A stretch of 64,000 bases of DNA from an uncultured cyanobacterium (lineage in GTDB: Bacteria; Cyanobacteriota; Cyanobacteriia; Cyanobacteriales; CAWCAG01), in the NCBI GenBank assembly GCA_963793425.1, contig CAWCAG010000009.1, positions 960,001 to 1,024,000 of the forward strand. Direction: 5' to 3'. Numbering within the stretch: position 1 is the first letter of the stretch; each line of letters opens with the position of its first letter. Both the position numbers and the translations under genes were made by a program. The notes under the pieces are model-generated. The model did not search any database, had not been told where the DNA came from, and saw only the letters and a program-made list of their open reading frames with translations. Shown here piece after piece: positions 48,382 to 58,112 of the stretch.

Positions 48382-48726
48382 TTGACATCCTCCCCGCTCT
48401 GTCCGCGCTTATGGTTGTAGTCTTACGCCTTCCTCCACGTCCGTTTAAAACCTAGGGTGTCCCCCCGCGACCAGAATATTTACAGCAGCGTTAACATCTC
48501 TGTCATGAACTGCACCACAATTTAAGCAAGTCCATTCTCGAATGGAGAGTTCCTTCTTGCCACCTCTGAAACCGCAACAAGAGCATCTTTGTGATGTTGG
48601 TTCCCATCTATATCTGGCTTTCATGTTGGCTGCAACAGTTGCTATTCGCAAATTATGTTTATAATACCTAAAAAAATCAATTAATCGGCCCTAAATCGGC
48701 GGAGTTTTAAACCTTTTTTTGTTTTG
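48382..48726 (-). mobile_element. Deleted non-autonomous IS605/IS1341-type remnant
   Basis: On the minus strand: TTAT|CAAAAC..GGTTTAAAA-hairpin left end, fused tnpB ends ([19 protein letters not shown]), and terminal GCGGGGAGGATGTCAA. Confidence 0.85.
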
Positions 48727-48737
48727 ATAAATGTTTA

Positions 48738-49118
48738 ATGATAAATGAAAAGATAATTCTTATTGGCCCAATCAGTGCTGGAAAGTCCACAATCGGAGAA
48801 CTTTTAGCCGCAAAACTTGCCCTTCCTCAACATTCAATGGATGAAAAACGTTGGGACTATTACCGAGAAATTGATTATGACGAAGAATTTGTTAAACAAA
48901 AGCAAGAAGCTGATGATTATTGGGGAGTACAACATTATTGGAAATCCTTTGAAGCCCATGCTGTAGAAAGGCTACTCTCAGAATATAATCAAGGAATTGT
49001 TGATTTTGGGGCAGGACATTCAGTCTATGAAGATAAGGCACTTTTCCAGAAAGTACAACAGACTTTAAATCCCTATAAAAACGTCAAAAAGAAACAGATA
49101 CATAAAACAAGCCTATAA
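48738..49118 (+). pseudogene. Shikimate kinase-like P-loop protein, probably C-terminally truncated
   Basis: IILIGPISAGKSTIG and VDFGAGHSVY motifs. The ORF ends at 126 aa, running into repeat DNA after PYKNV. Confidence 0.65.
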
Positions 49119-49127
49119 AGCTAAGTA

Positions 49128-49255
49128 ATACAAATCCGGGTACTTCAGTACCCTTACAAAATCCAGGAATGAAGTTCTCAAACCCTACTCCCTACTCCCT
49201 GCTCCCTGCTCCCTCCCATAACAGATAAGTCATGCCACTCAACGGGATTTAGTAT
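49128..49255 (-). mobile_element. MITE-like element with internal (CTCCCTR)n repeat
   Basis: Ends ATACAAATCC / GGATTTAGTAT. It shares GTGGYATGACTTATCTGTTA with the 4352 element. Confidence 0.55.
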
Positions 49256-49276
49256 AACTATAAAATGCCCAACTAC

Positions 49277-50317
49277 TTAGGTATTTTTAACAAGAAGATA
49301 AACAAAATAAGGTGTACCGATTAAAGCAGTAATAATGCCACAGGGAAGTTCTATAGGGGCAAATAAAATCCTCCCTAAAAAATCTGCCATAACCACAATT
49401 GTTGCTCCTATCATTGCGGCTATAGGAATTAAACTTTCATGGAGATTTCCTACTAATTGACGGGCAAGATGAGGGGCAATTAAACCTACAAAACCAATGG
49501 ATCCTGCGGTAGCGACTGCTGCACCAGCGAGGGCAGCACTAATTAGCAATAAAAGACTGAATTCTAATTCTACTTTAGTTCCCAAACCTTTAGCTATTTC
49601 TTCTCCTAAATTCAAGGTATTTAATTGGGGTGCTTTAAATAAAGCTAAGGGAATAAAAACCAATAACCAAAGTGATAAGTAAAATACCTGTTCCCAACTA
49701 CAACCATAAACACTTCCCGCCAACCAAACTAAAGCCTGACTAACATTATTAATTTCTCCAAATGTAACTATTAAGTTCGTCATGGCATTAACTACTGCGG
49801 CAATGCCCACACCAACTAAAATAAGTCGTACCGGATGGGTTCCTTTTTCCCAAGCGAGGAAGTAAATTAATACTGAAGTTAGCAAAGCACCACCACCAGC
49901 AGCTAAAGGTAAGATGCCCACTGGAATATCAGGAAAAACCACAATTAAACTCACTGCTGCCAAACTTGCCCCAGCATTGACACCAATGATTCCTGGGGCA
50001 GCAAGGGCATTGCGAGTTATGCCTTGCAGGATTGTACCAGAAATCCCTAAAGCGATACCAACTAGTGCTGCAGTTAAACTTCTGGGTAAGCGCAACGTCT
50101 TGATAACAAAAGCATAATCGCTATTTCCTGTTTCTATACCGAAGATAGTTTGCACCACTGCCAGGGGAGGGATCGGATATTCCCCCCAGGAAGCATTGAT
50201 TACTATTATTGTTAAAGTAATGAGACTTAAAGTTAGTAAGACAAAGACAAAATGCCGTTGAAAACGGAAAGATATAGGCAATATCTTGCCTCTAAAAATG
50301 ATGGTACTGGTTTTCAT
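49277..50317 (-). CDS. FecCD/FhuB iron-siderophore ABC permease
   Basis: LRLPR, QGITRNALA.PGIIG, LGEEIAKGLG and IGFVGLIAPH motifs. Confidence 0.92.
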   Translation of the reverse strand: MKTSTIIFRGKILPISFRFQRHFVFVLLTLSLITLTIIVINASWGEYPIPPLAVVQTIFGIETGNSDYAFVIKTLRLPRSLTAALVGIALGISGTILQGITRNALAAPGIIGVNAGASLAAVSLIVVFPDIPVGILPLAAGGGALLTSVLIYFLAWEKGTHPVRLILVGVGIAAVVNAMTNLIVTFGEINNVSQALVWLAGSVYGCSWEQVFYLSLWLLVFIPLALFKAPQLNTLNLGEEIAKGLGTKVELEFSLLLLISAALAGAAVATAGSIGFVGLIAPHLARQLVGNLHESLIPIAAMIGATIVVMADFLGRILFAPIELPCGIITALIGTPYFVYLLVKNT

Positions 50318-50403
50318 GCCAACTTAAGAATTACTATGACAAATCTTTCTTCCCGTTAGTAGCTAAAAAATCTTTCATTTTTTGAATTATTCATCGTCTT
50401 AAA

Positions 50404-52335
50404 TTAAATCTTCAACATTCCTTGCGGGTTTACCGTTAATAATTCCTTTCTCTGCAAACCTTCTTGGTGCAAAATAGCATTAGCTGCTAACAAGCCGCTA
50501 CTAACAGCCCTTTCCATTAAACCGCAAGGAAATGGCATTTTCACCCAGTCTCCTGCAAAAGCTAAGTTAGGAACTTTGGTAGCAGTTTCAGGGCGATTAT
50601 GGTAACTGTTGGGGGGATAACCAGAGAAGTTTTTCTGGTTAACTAATTCCCGATGTAACATCTGACTATTTTTTAATTCAGGTACAATTTGATATAACTC
50701 TTCTTCAAAAGTTGCTAACAAACTTTCCTGAGTAGGAAATTCCTTTTCTTTATAACAGTAAGCGTGTAATTCCACCACGCTTCCTCCGGTTTTTTTGCTC
50801 CAAGCAATAAACTGTTCTTGGATGCGATGGTAAAGAGTAATACTATCAGTTAAACTATAGCCAGAAAGGGAAGTAAACCAACTATGTTCCCAATCAAAAT
50901 CTTCGTCAAACCAGAAACGTGCTACAGCAAAGGGATCAGCAACAGCTAAACTATTAACTTGCGAAGCTACTTCTGCTTCTACATCTCCTGTCATGATTTG
51001 GAATAAATGTTTGGTTCCAGGAACATTGGTAGCCATGACATAATAATCAGCACTAATTGTCTTTTTTCTGGTTTTTAATTCAGAATTTGCTGCTACTAAT
51101 TGCACTTGCTCTTCTTGATATTCAGCAATCTGAAAAGAAGCTAAATCACGCTTAGCAGGGCCATTAATCACTTTGCCTTGTTGGTTATATAAAGCACCGT
51201 GACAAGGACAAAGAAACTCTCCATTAACTTGGGGTTGAACAGTACAACCTTGGTGAGTGCAAGTTAAGGAAATAGCTTTATCTTCCCCTCGCAGAAGATA
51301 AACATTATCCCCCGCACCATAATATTTTTTCCCTAACAAAAGGTTACTCTTTACCCAAAAAGGAACCTCTGTTTGAGCATCACCTTCATAATAACTAAGG
51401 GAGTTAATTTTTCCCCCTTGCCAATTAATTTCACTTACCGTAGCTTCCGGAACAATTTCCCCCCCTTTCTCTTTAATTGCCTTAGCCATAGGTTCCACTA
51501 AACTTGTTCCCATGTCCTGTTTAGTACCATTAAAAGCTAAACCTTCAGGATTACCAAAAAAGTAGAAGTGGAAAAATTGTAATAATTCTCCGGCACTAAG
51601 TACATCCGGTGCATTTAAACTAGATTTCGCAAAAGGTAAGAAATATAAATCGTAAAGTCCTTGAGGAAAACCTCTTTCTATCCAATCTGTGACAGAAATA
51701 CTATCAAAGTTATTGAAAGTTTTAGGAATTCTAAAACTAGTAATAGCCCGAAATACCTGAAGATGACTCATTTTAGTTAAATTAATGCCCCAATGCAAAC
51801 GGTTAGGAGAGGAAATTGCTAAATCAACAATGTTCCAAGGAAAGGCCGAGTTACTAGGACGAAATACTTCAGGATCATACTTTTCTTTGTTGAAGACTAA
51901 AGAGTAGAATCCTAATGATTTGAAATTATCGGCGATCGCCAGTTTTTCCACCAAGCCATTAAGATTATAATATTGAGGAAAAAAGCCATGGAAACCGTGT
52001 TCCATAATAAACTCTTCCTCCCCAACTTTAATAGGCCAACTGGCAATTTTCCCTCCTAAATTAGGAGATTTTTCTAACAAAGTTACAGCAAAACCACGCT
52101 GACTTAATTCATAAGCACAGGCTAAACCTGCTAACCCTGCGCCAACAACAACAACCTTTTTCGATTGAGTAATTGTATAGGGAAGGGTTAAGCTATCCTG
52201 CTTAAATACCGTCGGTTGAGGCTTAACAAAGCGAGAATAACCTACTGCTCCGCCGATGGCTCCTATACCTAATAATTTTAAGGCTGTACGTCGAGAAACG
52301 GGCAACGAAGAGGAAAAATCTGACAATTGACTCAT
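50404..52335 (-). CDS. cruE: FAD oxidoreductase with Rieske insert, CrtU/CruE-like aromatic carotenoid enzyme
   Basis: Tat-like SRRTALK, GAGLAG, MEHGFHGFF.QYYN, Rieske CTHQGC..CPCHG, and AGDW...MERA. Confidence 0.75.
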   Translation of the reverse strand: MSQLSDFSSSLPVSRRTALKLLGIGAIGGAVGYSRFVKPQPTVFKQDSLTLPYTITQSKKVVVVGAGLAGLACAYELSQRGFAVTLLEKSPNLGGKIASWPIKVGEEEFIMEHGFHGFFPQYYNLNGLVEKLAIADNFKSLGFYSLVFNKEKYDPEVFRPSNSAFPWNIVDLAISSPNRLHWGINLTKMSHLQVFRAITSFRIPKTFNNFDSISVTDWIERGFPQGLYDLYFLPFAKSSLNAPDVLSAGELLQFFHFYFFGNPEGLAFNGTKQDMGTSLVEPMAKAIKEKGGEIVPEATVSEINWQGGKINSLSYYEGDAQTEVPFWVKSNLLLGKKYYGAGDNVYLLRGEDKAISLTCTHQGCTVQPQVNGEFLCPCHGALYNQQGKVINGPAKRDLASFQIAEYQEEQVQLVAANSELKTRKKTISADYYVMATNVPGTKHLFQIMTGDVEAEVASQVNSLAVADPFAVARFWFDEDFDWEHSWFTSLSGYSLTDSITLYHRIQEQFIAWSKKTGGSVVELHAYCYKEKEFPTQESLLATFEEELYQIVPELKNSQMLHRELVNQKNFSGYPPNSYHNRPETATKVPNLAFAGDWVKMPFPCGLMERAVSSGLLAANAILHQEGLQRKELLTVNPQGMLKI

Positions 52336-52592
52336 TAGCAGTTATAAAATAGAAGTTATTGCTTATTGTTGAGTTGTTTTCTGGCAATAACTAATATTTT
52401 ACTAAATTTTCAATTTTCTCGTCGGTATCGCTTGTTTTTTGCCAATAAGAGTTAGATATCCCAGGCGAAAATCGTGGTTTTTGCTAATAGCTAGTGGAAG
52501 CATAGAAATAGACCAAATGTACCTCATGAGTCTAAGAATTGCGATAAAACTACTTATTATTTGTTACTTATTACTTATTACTTAAACTAAAG

Positions 52593-52674
52593 TGGGCAAG
52601 GAGAGACTCGAACTCTCATGACCGGGGCCGCCACATTTTGAGTGTGGTGCGTCTACCAATTCCGCCACTTGCCC
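52593..52674 (-). tRNA. trnL: tRNA-Leu(CAA)
   Basis: GGGCAAG/CTTGCCC acceptor stem, TGGCGGAATTGGTAGACGC D-arm, CCACA-CT-CAA-AA-TGTGG anticodon arm, long variable arm and GTTCGAGT T-loop. CCA is not encoded. Confidence 0.97.
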
Positions 52675-53528
52675 TTAGCATTGTCTTTATCATTATAATC
52701 TTTTTCGCGCAATTGCATCAAAGTTTGATATTGATTAGAGCTAGCCCAGCGATCTATTTTCTCTGCCCGAATCACGGGGACTGGGTGGGTTAATTGGGCT
52801 GTCTGAGCAGTTTTGAGCATTTCCCCAAGCTGAGTTTCTCCCACCGCATCATAAGCCCTTGCTTGCTCAATAAAAGCGTCCAAATTCAATTGAGGAGCGA
52901 GTTTAGGGGAACCCCCGGCTAACTTCATTAATACCGACATCACCACTTTGGGATCTTGAGTTGCTAAAAGTGCTGCGCGATCGCAACTAAATTCTGCACA
53001 ACGTACCCATTCCTGCATTTGTTCTTGGATATTTTGAGCAATAACCGTTCCCCAAACAGGCAGGAAATTAGCAGCTAAGGCGAGAATGTTCGCTAACGTT
53101 AGGTATACTCCATGTTCACATTTGAGATGACCCAACTCGTGAGCAATTACCGCCTGAATCTCTTCTGGAGTGAGCATATCTATCAAAGAAGTGTGCATCA
53201 CCATAAAAGGCTGCCTCCCTCGCATCGCCAAGGTATAAGCATTAGGGGCAGGATTTTGTTGTACATAAAGTTGAGGCGGTTCTAAATCGAGAACTTCGCA
53301 AGCTTCAATGAGTAGCTTATGGAGGTGAGGCAGTTGCTTTTCGCTAACTTGGACACTAGAAGCGATATTGTTCAAGAAAAAGAACTGTTCGGCCACCGAA
53401 CCAATTATACTTCTAATCGCTACGTCCAAACCTGGTATTTGCTTTAAGCTTCTGGTGGCTTGCAAATCCAAAGGATGGCGAAATTCGTCGGCTTTAAGAC
53501 CAATTAGTAGAGTTTTAGTAAATTCCAT
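52653..53528 (-). CDS. M48 family zinc metallopeptidase
   Basis: FRHPLD, PNAY, AHELGH, AEFSCDRAA and THP motifs. The start is set at MEFTK because the upstream extension is repeat DNA. Confidence 0.92.
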   Translation of the reverse strand: MEFTKTLLIGLKADEFRHPLDLQATRSLKQIPGLDVAIRSIIGSVAEQFFFLNNIASSVQVSEKQLPHLHKLLIEACEVLDLEPPQLYVQQNPAPNAYTLAMRGRQPFMVMHTSLIDMLTPEEIQAVIAHELGHLKCEHGVYLTLANILALAANFLPVWGTVIAQNIQEQMQEWVRCAEFSCDRAALLATQDPKVVMSVLMKLAGGSPKLAPQLNLDAFIEQARAYDAVGETQLGEMLKTAQTAQLTHPVPVIRAEKIDRWASSNQYQTLMQLREKDYNDKDNAKGKWRNW

Positions 53529-53533
53529 TGTAG

Positions 53534-53653
53534 GGGGAGGCTGGGGAGATAGGGAGCTGGGGAGATAGGGAGCTGGGGAGCTAGGGTGATGGGGAGCTAG
53601 GGTGATGGGGAGAAAACTATTAGCCATTAGCCACTAGCCATTAGCAATTAGTA
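53534..53653. repeat. G-rich octamer repeats (GGGAGCTG/GGGAGATA) and heptamer STRR
   Basis: Tandem units are directly visible between the two genes. Confidence 0.8.
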
Positions 53654-53654
53654 A

Positions 53655-54011
53655 TTAAACCCCAAAAGATTTACCGCAACCACAGGTTTGATTGGCATTG
53701 GGGTTAGTAAATTGGAAACCACCACCAATTAAGGCATCACTATAATCAAGCATTAAGCCATAAAGGTAAAGAATACTTTTGGGATCACAAATGATTTTGA
53801 AGCCATTGTAATCAAAAACCTCATCATTATCGCGAATCTTATTAGGCTCTTCAAAATCCATCATATAGGACATTCCGGAACAACCACCATTGCGTACACC
53901 TACCCGCAAACAGAGGTCTTTTCCTTGTTGGTTTCTCAGCATCATGACGTGCTTGAGAGCATTTTCTGATAATTGAATCCCTTTTTGAGGTAGCTTAGTT
54001 GCTTGTGTCAT
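53655..54011 (-). CDS. A-type Fe-S carrier (HesB/IscA/SufA family)
   Basis: GGCSGMSY and NPNA..TCGCGKSF motifs. Confidence 0.95.
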   Translation of the reverse strand: MTQATKLPQKGIQLSENALKHVMMLRNQQGKDLCLRVGVRNGGCSGMSYMMDFEEPNKIRDNDEVFDYNGFKIICDPKSILYLYGLMLDYSDALIGGGFQFTNPNANQTCGCGKSFGV

Positions 54012-54216
54012 CTGTATGAGTAACTCCTAAATTATTTTGATCTGCTGAGTTAAATTTTAGTATCCCGATAATCTTATACTTCTATTTTAACTGGGAATTT
54101 TGCCAAGGAATTTCTAGATGTCAAGGAAAAAGTTGGTTTGTTTCTTATACTAACTACATACCAATAGGAAACTGGCTTGATAGAAAACCTTTTTTCCATG
54201 CAACTGACGAGGTTCT

Positions 54217-55854
54217 ATGAGCGCTCTAAATCCCACGACCAAGCGTCGTCTCAAGAAAATACCCCAAATCAATAGTGTTTGGGAAGGTGATTGTCGTCCC
54301 TTATCAATTTTAGCCAAAAAAATTGACCCAGATGCCCAAGGGAACGAACAATGTATTATTTGGGTAGATGGCTCAGAAGGTATTGTTAGAGCTATGGACT
54401 TGGTTTCCCCAGAAATGGGACAAGAAGCCATTGTACGCACTTTGTTAAGGGCGATAGAAACCCCTCAAAGCCCAGCCTCACCAGCCCGCCCCCAAAAGAT
54501 TATCTTGCGCGATCGCGAAATTCAATTTCTGCTGCGAGGAGTTTTACAAGGTTTAGATATCAGCGTTGATTATGTTCCTCAACTACCTGTTATAGAAGAG
54601 TTTTTCCATGGTATTGACTCCCTTAGCGACAACAGCCCTCCTACTATCCCTTCTCAGTATCAAGAATTGTTATGGAAAACTGCTGAGGAGATTTGGCAAG
54701 AAGCTCCTTGGGAAGTACTCGCAGATCACAATATCATTGCCATCAAGCTGAATCGCTGGGATACTGATACCCTCTATGTTTCTGTCATGGGAATGTTGGG
54801 GAGGGAGTATGGAGTTCTCTTTTACCGTTCCTTAGAATCTCTGCGCCGCTTTCGTGCTGCCGTTGTCGCGGAAGAATCTTTAGAGCGATTAGAAAGTGCT
54901 TTTTTAGCCCAAGATTGTTGGTTCGTTAACTTTGAGTTCCCTGAAGAAGAGCTAGAAACTGAAGATAATTTAGTTACTTTAAATTTAGCAGATGCTCATC
55001 CTCGCTTCGGCAGCATACATCCTTATGAGGGAATGCGACCTTTTTTGGATGAAGAAGAAGCTTTGGTGGTTTATGTCGCCCTCAAAGCCTTAGCAAGGTT
55101 CATGAATAAGCATTATGATCTTTTAGATAGCGATGATTTTGAAGCTTTTAGCAAGAGTTACCGCATTCCTCTCCCTGAAGGTCAGTCACAAAAAACGGTG
55201 GCTATAGAAGTTTCTACTATGCCAGAGTTGTCTTCTGAGTTGTTTAGCTTGATGGAACAAGCTGAATTAGATGAGTTTGATTCAGAAGAAGAAGATTCCA
55301 TACCTTTACAAAGTGACTTAATTCCTGAAGATGCTTGGCGCAGTTTGGGAATGGTTTCTCCTCAGTGGCTAGAGGCGGTACGTAAAAATAGCAAGAAGTA
55401 TTACCAATCTCAAGAAGCACCCCAACTAGAAGAAGGAATGCCGGCGATTTTAGTGCAAACCTCTCTACCTAAAGCTAAAGCTATTATGGAGCAAATCAAA
55501 GCTGATGGAGGATTAAAAGCAATTTGTTTCAACCCAGGAGAAGATCCCTCAACGGAAACAAATTATGAGTTGGGAATGTTACAAGCTGCCAATGGCAATT
55601 TGTACTTATTTGGGGAGTTTGTGAGCGAAGATCCCGCTTTTAGTAAAGACCTGTGGCAATGGCAAAAAAACTGTCAAAGTAATAAAAACTATTGTAGTTT
55701 TATTCTCGCTAGAGGTTTAAGGGGGGCTTCTCGCGGTAACCCTCAAATTTCTGATCTGGTGGCTTTATTTGAAGTTAAAGTCATTTCTGCCCAGGAATTG
55801 GGTATAGGAATGTTGCAACTAACCCCTCAAATCAGTTTTGAATTAGATTGGTGA
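54217..55854 (+). CDS. Conserved cyanobacterial hypothetical protein (DUF6930-like)
   Basis: VWEGD.R, CI.WVDGSEG.VRAM and SVMGMLG.EYG..FYRS motifs. Confidence 0.75.
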   Translation: MSALNPTTKRRLKKIPQINSVWEGDCRPLSILAKKIDPDAQGNEQCIIWVDGSEGIVRAMDLVSPEMGQEAIVRTLLRAIETPQSPASPARPQKIILRDREIQFLLRGVLQGLDISVDYVPQLPVIEEFFHGIDSLSDNSPPTIPSQYQELLWKTAEEIWQEAPWEVLADHNIIAIKLNRWDTDTLYVSVMGMLGREYGVLFYRSLESLRRFRAAVVAEESLERLESAFLAQDCWFVNFEFPEEELETEDNLVTLNLADAHPRFGSIHPYEGMRPFLDEEEALVVYVALKALARFMNKHYDLLDSDDFEAFSKSYRIPLPEGQSQKTVAIEVSTMPELSSELFSLMEQAELDEFDSEEEDSIPLQSDLIPEDAWRSLGMVSPQWLEAVRKNSKKYYQSQEAPQLEEGMPAILVQTSLPKAKAIMEQIKADGGLKAICFNPGEDPSTETNYELGMLQAANGNLYLFGEFVSEDPAFSKDLWQWQKNCQSNKNYCSFILARGLRGASRGNPQISDLVALFEVKVISAQELGIGMLQLTPQISFELDW

Positions 55855-55864
55855 TTATCAATGA

Positions 55865-57028
55865 TCAATGATCAGTTGAATCGACGATTTTGTCCTCGAC
55901 TATGGCGTAGCCCCAGTGGGGATTTTGGTTTATTTGTTTGGTGACTAAACTTTTGCCGATGGGTGTGTGGTACATTCCTGCTAATGATTCGATGCTTGGG
56001 CGAGTTTGTGAGACTGTTTCCTCTTCCTTTGTTTGAGGCTTTTCTTCCTCTTGTGGTAAAGAAAATTGAGGGGCAATTTGTTCTAACTTAGCAATCACGC
56101 TTGCTTTGGTAACTTGATTTTTGGCAGTAAAAGAAGGGGGTAAATTAGGGGTTGTTACTCCCATTTCTTTGGCTTTAATTGCTTCGTCAGCTAGGCGATC
56201 GCACTTACGCAAAAATCCTGCCCAGAGATCCTTCGCTAAAACGGGGTTTCTTAAGTCTGCCCGCGCCCTAGCTACAGCACTTTCTAAGGGTTCTCCTTTT
56301 TGAAGATAATATTGGGTACGTTCTTCTTCTAGGGCAGGATAAGCAACCCCCGGTTCCACTTCCCACTCTTGTTGTACTTTTTGACTTGTGCCGAAAGGAA
56401 TACCTTGATTAAATTCTTCCCAATAGGGAGAAATTATCCCTTTACTGATGCTATCAATAATTTTAAATACCCAGCCAGAAGGATTGGAAAAACCAAGGTT
56501 TTTGGCATAGTTAAATAAAGCTTTTTGAAATGCCTCAAACTCTTGAGAAGTTTGCCAAGGGCCACTAAATTGGTAATGAGGGGTAACTTGAACAGAAATA
56601 GGTTGGCGACGTACAGGAAAGAAGGGATCGCTTTTAACTTTTGCTACTAATTTTGTTGGGGTAAAAGCTACGGTATCAGAGTTAGTTAAAAGCCGCTCCA
56701 AAACTTGCCAATCAATGATCAACTCCCAAAGTTCATCCTCTTGATTGATAAGTTGAAATTGTAGAAGCGATCGCCCCCGAAGTTGGTTTCTAGCCAAGTC
56801 TTGCTCAACACTACTCATACCAGTTATTGTCGTCATTTCTTCAGTGGTAATTTGCACAGCATTTTGGCCCTTTGGTAGATTAAATTGACGTTGTATAATC
56901 TCTCCCAAAAAAACTGCTGTCACCACACCCCCTGTAGCTTTTGCTAATTGGGGATAATAAATTTGGGGAGCAGTCAAATATTGCCAAAATACCTCTAATT
57001 TCACTTTGCCTTGTACCTTAAATAACAA
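55865..57028 (-). CDS. Hypothetical protein with replication-initiator-like N-terminal wHTH (start uncertain)
   Basis: YYPQLAKATGGVVTAVFL...TTEEMTTITGMS..EQDLAR..L. Confidence 0.65.
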   Translation of the reverse strand: MLFKVQGKVKLEVFWQYLTAPQIYYPQLAKATGGVVTAVFLGEIIQRQFNLPKGQNAVQITTEEMTTITGMSSVEQDLARNQLRGRSLLQFQLINQEDELWELIIDWQVLERLLTNSDTVAFTPTKLVAKVKSDPFFPVRRQPISVQVTPHYQFSGPWQTSQEFEAFQKALFNYAKNLGFSNPSGWVFKIIDSISKGIISPYWEEFNQGIPFGTSQKVQQEWEVEPGVAYPALEEERTQYYLQKGEPLESAVARARADLRNPVLAKDLWAGFLRKCDRLADEAIKAKEMGVTTPNLPPSFTAKNQVTKASVIAKLEQIAPQFSLPQEEEKPQTKEEETVSQTRPSIESLAGMYHTPIGKSLVTKQINQNPHWGYAIVEDKIVDSTDH

Positions 57029-57146
57029 CTTTCGTGGAGAATTTAGCTATAAATCCGGTTGATTTATTTCTTTGGGTGTATACATCAATAATTCCATTAG
57101 CTTTATAATAATCAACTTATCAAAAGGATTGATTGATCCTCCACCT

Positions 57147-58112
57147 ATGCCTAGTTATCCTGGAATATCTAGCGAAGCCTTCATACACCCCCTCGATAGA
57201 GAAGCAGAACAAACCCTGCGTCGCGTTCCTGGCTTTGAGATTCTCTCCCGCAGTTTTGTGGAGTTTCTTTATGAACGACCCCAACACGTTTATTTATTAG
57301 GTAATGCCATCCAAGCAAGCCCAAGGCAATATTCTACTATTTATGGCATCGCTCGTGAATGTATTCGAGATTTAGATGTTGTTCCTGAGCCATTATTATT
57401 TGTTAGCCAAAATGCTCAAGCTAATAGTTATTCTTTAGGGAGAGAACAACCCCATATAATTCTCAATACAGGATTATTAGACTTACTTGAGGAGCAGGAA
57501 ATTCGCACGATTATCGCCAGGGAATTAGGGCATATTAAGTGCGAACATACGACCTTAAGGCAAATGTCTCTTTGGGCTATGAATGCTGCTTCTATGTTAG
57601 GAGACATGACTTTAGGGTTAGGCAATCTCCTTAGTAGTGGTTTGCTTTACGCTTTTTATGAATGGCGTCATAAAGCCGAACTTTCAGCAGACAGGGCCGC
57701 TTTATTAGTTATTGATGATCTTCCCACCATTTTAAAAACCATGATGAAATTAGCTGGGGGATCTGCAAAATATGCTCAGGAAATCAGTTTAGCTGAATTT
57801 ATCCGCCAAGGTAAAAACTATCAAGAATTAGACCGAGATAGTTTCAAAGAAATTTATAAATTTTTGCTTTACAATGGGGGCAATAATTCCTTTTTGACTC
57901 ATCCTTTTCCCGTAGAACGCATTCATTACTTAGAGGAATGGTCAACCTCTCCAGAATACAATCGCCTTCGTCAGGGTAGTTATCAAAGTGGAAAATCCCC
58001 AGGAAGTGTAGAAGAGAACGACAAAGCCTCAGAAGATGAAGTGAGTAGGTTACAAGAGCAAATTGAGAGACTGAAAGCGGAAATACATAAAGTGAAGTCT
58101 CAAGGAAGATAA
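57147..58112 (+). CDS. M48 peptidase homologue with altered zinc motif (ARELGH)
   Basis: FIHPLD, ANSY, AELSADRAA and THP motifs, with a C-terminal coiled coil. Confidence 0.88.
   Translation: MPSYPGISSEAFIHPLDREAEQTLRRVPGFEILSRSFVEFLYERPQHVYLLGNAIQASPRQYSTIYGIARECIRDLDVVPEPLLFVSQNAQANSYSLGREQPHIILNTGLLDLLEEQEIRTIIARELGHIKCEHTTLRQMSLWAMNAASMLGDMTLGLGNLLSSGLLYAFYEWRHKAELSADRAALLVIDDLPTILKTMMKLAGGSAKYAQEISLAEFIRQGKNYQELDRDSFKEIYKFLLYNGGNNSFLTHPFPVERIHYLEEWSTSPEYNRLRQGSYQSGKSPGSVEENDKASEDEVSRLQEQIERLKAEIHKVKSQGR

Noticed and set aside
53529..53627. Pro/Ser-rich N-terminal extension of the M48 peptidase
   Set aside because: It is translated intergenic repeat DNA. The ATG at 53528 is the better start.
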